Origin: Octopus bimaculoides
Taxonomy: Eukaryota
Direction: 5' to 3'
DNA: 64,000 bases
NCBI RefSeq assembly: GCF_001194135.2
Contig: NC_068981.1
Location: forward strand, 197,011,072 to 197,075,071
The position numbers were made by a program, and so were the translations under genes. Shown in pieces: positions 61,901 through 64,000 of the stretch. A model generated the notes under the pieces. That model searched no databases. It was given only the letters and a program-made list of their open reading frames with translations, and was not told the origin of the DNA. Positions within the stretch are counted from its first letter, which is position 1. Every line of letters begins with the position of its first letter.

Positions 61901-62841
61901 NNNNNNNNNNNNNNNNNNNNNNNNNNNNNNNNNNNNNNNNNNNNNNNNNNNNNNNNNNNNNNNNNNNNNNNNNNNNNNNNNNNNNNNNNNNNNNNNNNNN
62001 NNNNNNNNNNNNNNNNNNNNNNNNNNNNNNNNNNTATTATTATTATTATTATTATTATATATATGTATATATGTGTGTGTATGTATGTATTTGTGTGTCT
62101 GTATTTGTCCCCCCCCCCCCATCATTGCTTAACAACTGATGCTAGTATATTTACTTCCTCATAACTTAGCAGTTCGGCAAAAGAGACCGATAGAATAAGT
62201 ATTAGGCATACAAAGAATAAGTCATAGGGTCGATTTGTTCAACTAAAGGCAATGCCCCAGCATGGCCGCAGTCAAATGACTGAAGCAATTAAAAGAATAA
62301 AAGAAAGAATTGTCATTTGTCAGTAATTCTAATTATTTCCTTGACGAACATTACATACCAAGATGTGTTAATTAACAAAAAGAATCTCTGGCTTCATAAC
62401 TACCTCTATATATTTCTACTATTGGCAAAGATATGAAGTCCCATTTACATCATACTCATCCCAACCCCTTAAATTATAAAGTGTTTGTTCCTCATTAAAA
62501 GGTAACCAGTAATTATTTTAGAAATATTTTTCTTGTTTTTTTTCTTTCCTTCACCTGTTTTGCAGGATTACAAAAACGTTTCAACTCCTGAACTTGCAAA
62601 GATGTTGCGATATTCTGAGACGACCAGCAGGACTTTGAAGATTCTTAACATCCTGTTAAACAAGGAAGGAATGGATTATCGTATTGAGGAGTATACAGTA
62701 AAGGAGAGACTGGAGCGTACTCTCCTTATTGCCGGCAACAAGAGGCAGTGGGCTCACGTCAGGCTGTGTGCCGCTCTTCTTGGTAAAGTTGTTGATAGTC
62801 TGGCGCCATCGATAACATCTGTATTGGTACGAGGAAAACAG
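29046..62841 (+). CDS. PHKB: Phosphorylase b kinase regulatory subunit beta, multi-exon gene span, 3' end outside window
   Basis: 18 GT-AG exons join in continuous phase; motifs [87 protein letters not shown] match recalled PHKB better than PHKA. Confidence 0.95.
30410..30578. mobile_element. Tc1/mariner-pogo-like MITE (TA target)
   Basis: TA|CTGTATTTTAAGCGTGTATAAGGA ... TCCTTATACATGTTAAAATACGG|TA inverted termini. Confidence 0.7.
30655..31078. mobile_element. Inverted pair of a tRNA-headed, hammerhead-bearing SINE-like unit (copy 1)
   Basis: Headless minus-strand arm 30655-30848 plus full plus-strand unit 30855-31078 (A box TGGTGTGGTGG, B box AGTTCGATTCC, hammerhead-like motif 30985-31030); embedded in a (GATA)n tract. 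Confidence 0.8.
33838..34229 (-). mobile_element. tRNA-derived SINE, family C, near full length
   Basis: Reverse-complement match to 2366-2680 with an extended central and 3' region. Confidence 0.82.
35570..36290 (-). mobile_element. Non-LTR retrotransposon remnant (R4/Dong-like), internally duplicated
   Basis: [21 protein letters not shown] and KPVQGQFW motifs; a segment of about 200 nt occurs twice; the clade call is from recall. Confidence 0.6.
36290..36945 (+). mobile_element. Second RTE-clade LINE 3' fragment with 5' inversion
   Basis: Minus-strand EKKT...[19 protein letters not shown] (36290-36456) abuts plus-strand [10 protein letters not shown]...RRWNWLG...RRGRPKETW; ends in GAATGAATG. 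Confidence 0.75.
37759..37909 (+). CDS. PHKB: PHKB exon 2
   Basis: [16 protein letters not shown]...[18 protein letters not shown]; phase 1-2. Confidence 0.93.
38127..38475. repeat. Homopyrimidine/homopurine low-complexity tract (CTT/CTC)
   Basis: About 350 nt of almost pure C/T on the plus strand; source of spurious Leu/Pro/Glu-rich ORFs. Confidence 0.95.
39324..39432 (+). CDS. PHKB: PHKB exon 3
   Basis: [36 protein letters not shown]; phase 2-0. Confidence 0.93.
39671..39762. repeat. 36-nt tandem repeat, about 2.6 units
   Basis: CCTCCCATCCACCACCATCACATGTCCAGGCCGTCA repeated exactly. Confidence 0.95.
41736..41843 (+). CDS. PHKB: PHKB exon 4
   Basis: [36 protein letters not shown]; phase 0-0. 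Confidence 0.93.
42887..42946 (+). CDS. PHKB: PHKB exon 5
   Basis: [20 protein letters not shown]; phase 0-0. Confidence 0.93.
43834..43970 (+). CDS. PHKB: PHKB exon 6
   Basis: [45 protein letters not shown]; phase 0-2. Confidence 0.96.
45105..45326. mobile_element. piggyBac-like MITE, copy 1
   Basis: TTAA|CCCTTT...AAAGGA|TTAA; same element in opposite orientation at 59142-59372. Confidence 0.8.
45396..45555 (+). CDS. PHKB: PHKB exon 7
   Basis: [53 protein letters not shown]; phase 2-0. Confidence 0.96.
47510..47707 (+). CDS. PHKB: PHKB exon 8
   Basis: [15 protein letters not shown]...[16 protein letters not shown]...YVPAEIK; phase 0-0. Confidence 0.96.
49442..49499 (+). CDS. PHKB: PHKB exon 9
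   Basis: [19 protein letters not shown]; phase 0-1, donor GTAAGT. Confidence 0.94.
50399..50476 (+). CDS. PHKB: PHKB exon 10
   Basis: [25 protein letters not shown]; phase 1-1. Confidence 0.9.
52000..53174 (-). mobile_element. Penelope-like element, 5'-truncated: RT C-terminus, GIY-YIG endonuclease and 3' region
   Basis: ORF 52586-53119 with [11 protein letters not shown] and [19 protein letters not shown]; continues after a frameshift HKEQIR...FTVFPFYQC...[17 protein letters not shown] to a stop at 52390-52392. Confidence 0.9.
53979..54134 (+). CDS. PHKB: PHKB exon 11
   Basis: [23 protein letters not shown]...[14 protein letters not shown]; phase 1-1. Confidence 0.95.
54847..54944 (+). 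CDS. PHKB: PHKB exon 12
   Basis: [32 protein letters not shown]; phase 1-0. Confidence 0.93.
55005..55312. repeat. Minisatellite with unit of about 24 nt
   Basis: Roughly 13 units of TGTTAACTGTTGTG(C/T)TTATG(C/T)(A/G)T(C/G/A) in PHKB intron 12. Confidence 0.9.
55457..55687 (+). CDS. PHKB: PHKB exon 13
   Basis: [16 protein letters not shown]...[13 protein letters not shown]...[15 protein letters not shown]; phase 0-0. Confidence 0.96.
55926..56470 (-). mobile_element. Retroelement 3' end ((TAA)n-tailed family), copy 2
   Basis: Reverse complement of 1-513; the tail (TTA)n at 55880-55925 directly abuts the element end. Confidence 0.78.
57302..57406 (+). CDS. PHKB: PHKB exon 14
   Basis: [35 protein letters not shown]; phase 0-0. 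Confidence 0.95.
58040..58122 (+). CDS. PHKB: PHKB exon 15
   Basis: [27 protein letters not shown]; phase 0-2. Confidence 0.93.
58240..58330 (+). CDS. PHKB: PHKB exon 16
   Basis: [30 protein letters not shown]; phase 2-0; follows a 117-nt intron. Confidence 0.92.
58748..58797 (+). ncRNA. Minimal type I hammerhead ribozyme-like motif
   Basis: CTGATGA (58756-58762), A, stem II GGGT-AACC-ACCC, A, GAAA (58777-58780), palindromic helix III ACTCGAGT, GTT triplet; stem I imperfect. Confidence 0.55.
59142..59372. mobile_element. piggyBac-like MITE, copy 2
   Basis: TTAA|CCCTTT...AAAAGGG|TTAA; reverse-complement match to 45105-45326. Confidence 0.8.
59555..59826 (+). mobile_element. RTE LINE 3' UTR copy with long (GAT)n tail
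   Basis: Well-preserved ...GGAAGGGCATCCAGCTGTAGAAACTCTGCC...GGACGTTAAACGATGATGAT. Confidence 0.85.
59977..60141 (+). CDS. PHKB: PHKB exon 17
   Basis: [14 protein letters not shown]...EEEEADIK; phase 0-0. Confidence 0.9.
60410..60972. mobile_element. Head-to-head inverted dimer of the tRNA-headed, hammerhead-bearing SINE-like unit (copy 2)
   Basis: Minus-strand unit 60410-60695 and plus-strand unit 60729-60972, each with a tRNA-like head, (AAT)n, hammerhead-like motif and shared 3' end; 25-nt duplicated head fragment at 60701-60725. Confidence 0.85.
62566..62841 (+). CDS. PHKB: PHKB exon 18 (last visible)
   Basis: [10 protein letters not shown]...[37 protein letters not shown]; phase 0-0, donor GTAAGG. 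Confidence 0.94.
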
Positions 62842-63094
62842 GTAAGGGCTTGCTTCAACGGGAGATGACAACTTTCACACTCTTTCATTTATTTTATTTC
62901 ATTACTAGTCGTTACCCATTGCTATACTGCCGGGTAACGACCCAGTCAAAATGAAATGGATCCTGCAGCAAAAGCCGACTGCAACGATCACATTGATAGG
63001 TTCAACAACAACCTGTTTTTTTTTTTCTTGAAACAAATTTTAATCCTATCTTTCACACACACACACACTCTCTCTCTCTTTCTCTCTCTCTCTT

Positions 63095-63157
<63 letters not shown>

Positions 63158-63562
63158 CTCAACATTTATTTCTCCTCCCCTTCTAAATAAACATGTCTAT
63201 ATGTTGGAAGACATACAGAAACACACACACACACACAAACAACCAAAAATATAACTATATGTATTATGTACATGTAGTTATATTTTTGAAGTCTGTGTTG
63301 TGTTGTGTTGTGTTGACAGACTTGCACTTAAAATTCCCACATTTTGAATCAAAACTTGTTAAATACTTGTGACAACACCACCTACCTGGCTATTTATCTC
63401 TGTCTTTCACTTTCTCTCTCTCTCCCTCTTCTCTCTCTCTCTCCCTCATTCTCTTGCTGTATTTCTCTCTCAGCAACAACTTTTTTTCCCCTTCTAAATA
63501 TACACTGTGACGGGGTTATTCCTCTTTTGATTCCTTCCCTTCTCTCCTTCTAATAGATTTTG

Positions 63563-63640
63563 TGAAGGTTAGAAGGTGGAATGATCTTGCTGTTGCCGCA
63601 AGTGTCACATGGCACAATGAGAACCGAATGAATGAATGAT
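63563..63640 (+). mobile_element. Very short 3' end of the second RTE family
   Basis: GTTAGAAGGTGG.ATGATCTTGCTGT...GGCACAATGAGAACCGAATGAATG is shared with 36875-36941. Confidence 0.75.
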
Positions 63641-63843
63641 ATCTGTTCTGGAAGTTCACATGTAGCTAGTATTTAATTACCTTCTGGTTGCTGCTGGGTC
63701 AGAGGAGCAGCACCAGATTTCGTCCAAAAAGACTAAGATTCAGAAAGAGTAAATTGAATAAAATAGATACCTGACGGTTGCATTATTGTTTCAGTGCTTA
63801 TGTAAACATTGTATAATTGTCGTTTCTGTTTCAGTCTTCTAAA

Positions 63844-64000
63844 CAGGGTGTCCATAAAGTTACTATACAGTTAGGCTGAAAACAACTCTATGATATGGTT
63901 GCTGAAGCATTTATAAGAAGCCCAAAGAAATCAATTCGTCATGGTAGTTCAGAAACTGGTATCAAACAAACATCACTACATAAAATACTTACAACGTTCA
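63844..64000 (+). mobile_element. Tc1/mariner transposon remnant, cut by window end
   Basis: TIR-like CAGGGTGTCCATAAAGT followed by LYDMVAEAFIRSPKKSIRHGSSETGIKQTSLHKIL, resembling the helix-turn-helix region of mariner-superfamily transposases. Confidence 0.6.

Noticed and set aside
61289-62139. Long ORFs spanning N runs (also 1706-2323, 5521-6132, 12993-13562, 48071-48357)
   Set aside because: Artefacts of assembly gaps read as X residues

Overview
Eukaryotic, repeat-rich genomic DNA with six assembly gaps. It is most likely from an octopus or other coleoid cephalopod; this is an inference from the SINE/RTE repeat landscape and microsatellite load. Two multi-exon genes lie head-to-head, with only 285 nt between their start codons. 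ITFG1 (TIP/LINKIN, FG-GAP repeat membrane protein) is on the minus strand: 14 coding exons located by GT-AG and phase checks, one internal exon not found, last exon(s) left of the window. PHKB (phosphorylase kinase beta) is on the plus strand: 18 coding exons in continuous phase, continuing right of the window. From my recall the same divergent ITFG1-PHKB pair exists in human 16q12, implying very deep conservation. The introns hold RTE, Tx1/L1, R4-like, CR1 and Penelope retroelement remnants, several tRNA-derived SINE families and MITEs. The most unusual signal is a tRNA-headed SINE-like unit carrying a minimal type I hammerhead ribozyme motif. It is inserted twice as inverted pairs (30655-31078, 60410-60972). 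The window also has a solo hammerhead-like motif (58748-58797) and a Penelope GIY-YIG remnant with its own degenerate hammerhead, which suggests a Penelope-dependent ribozyme-bearing SINE system. All homology calls come from reading and recall, not database searches.
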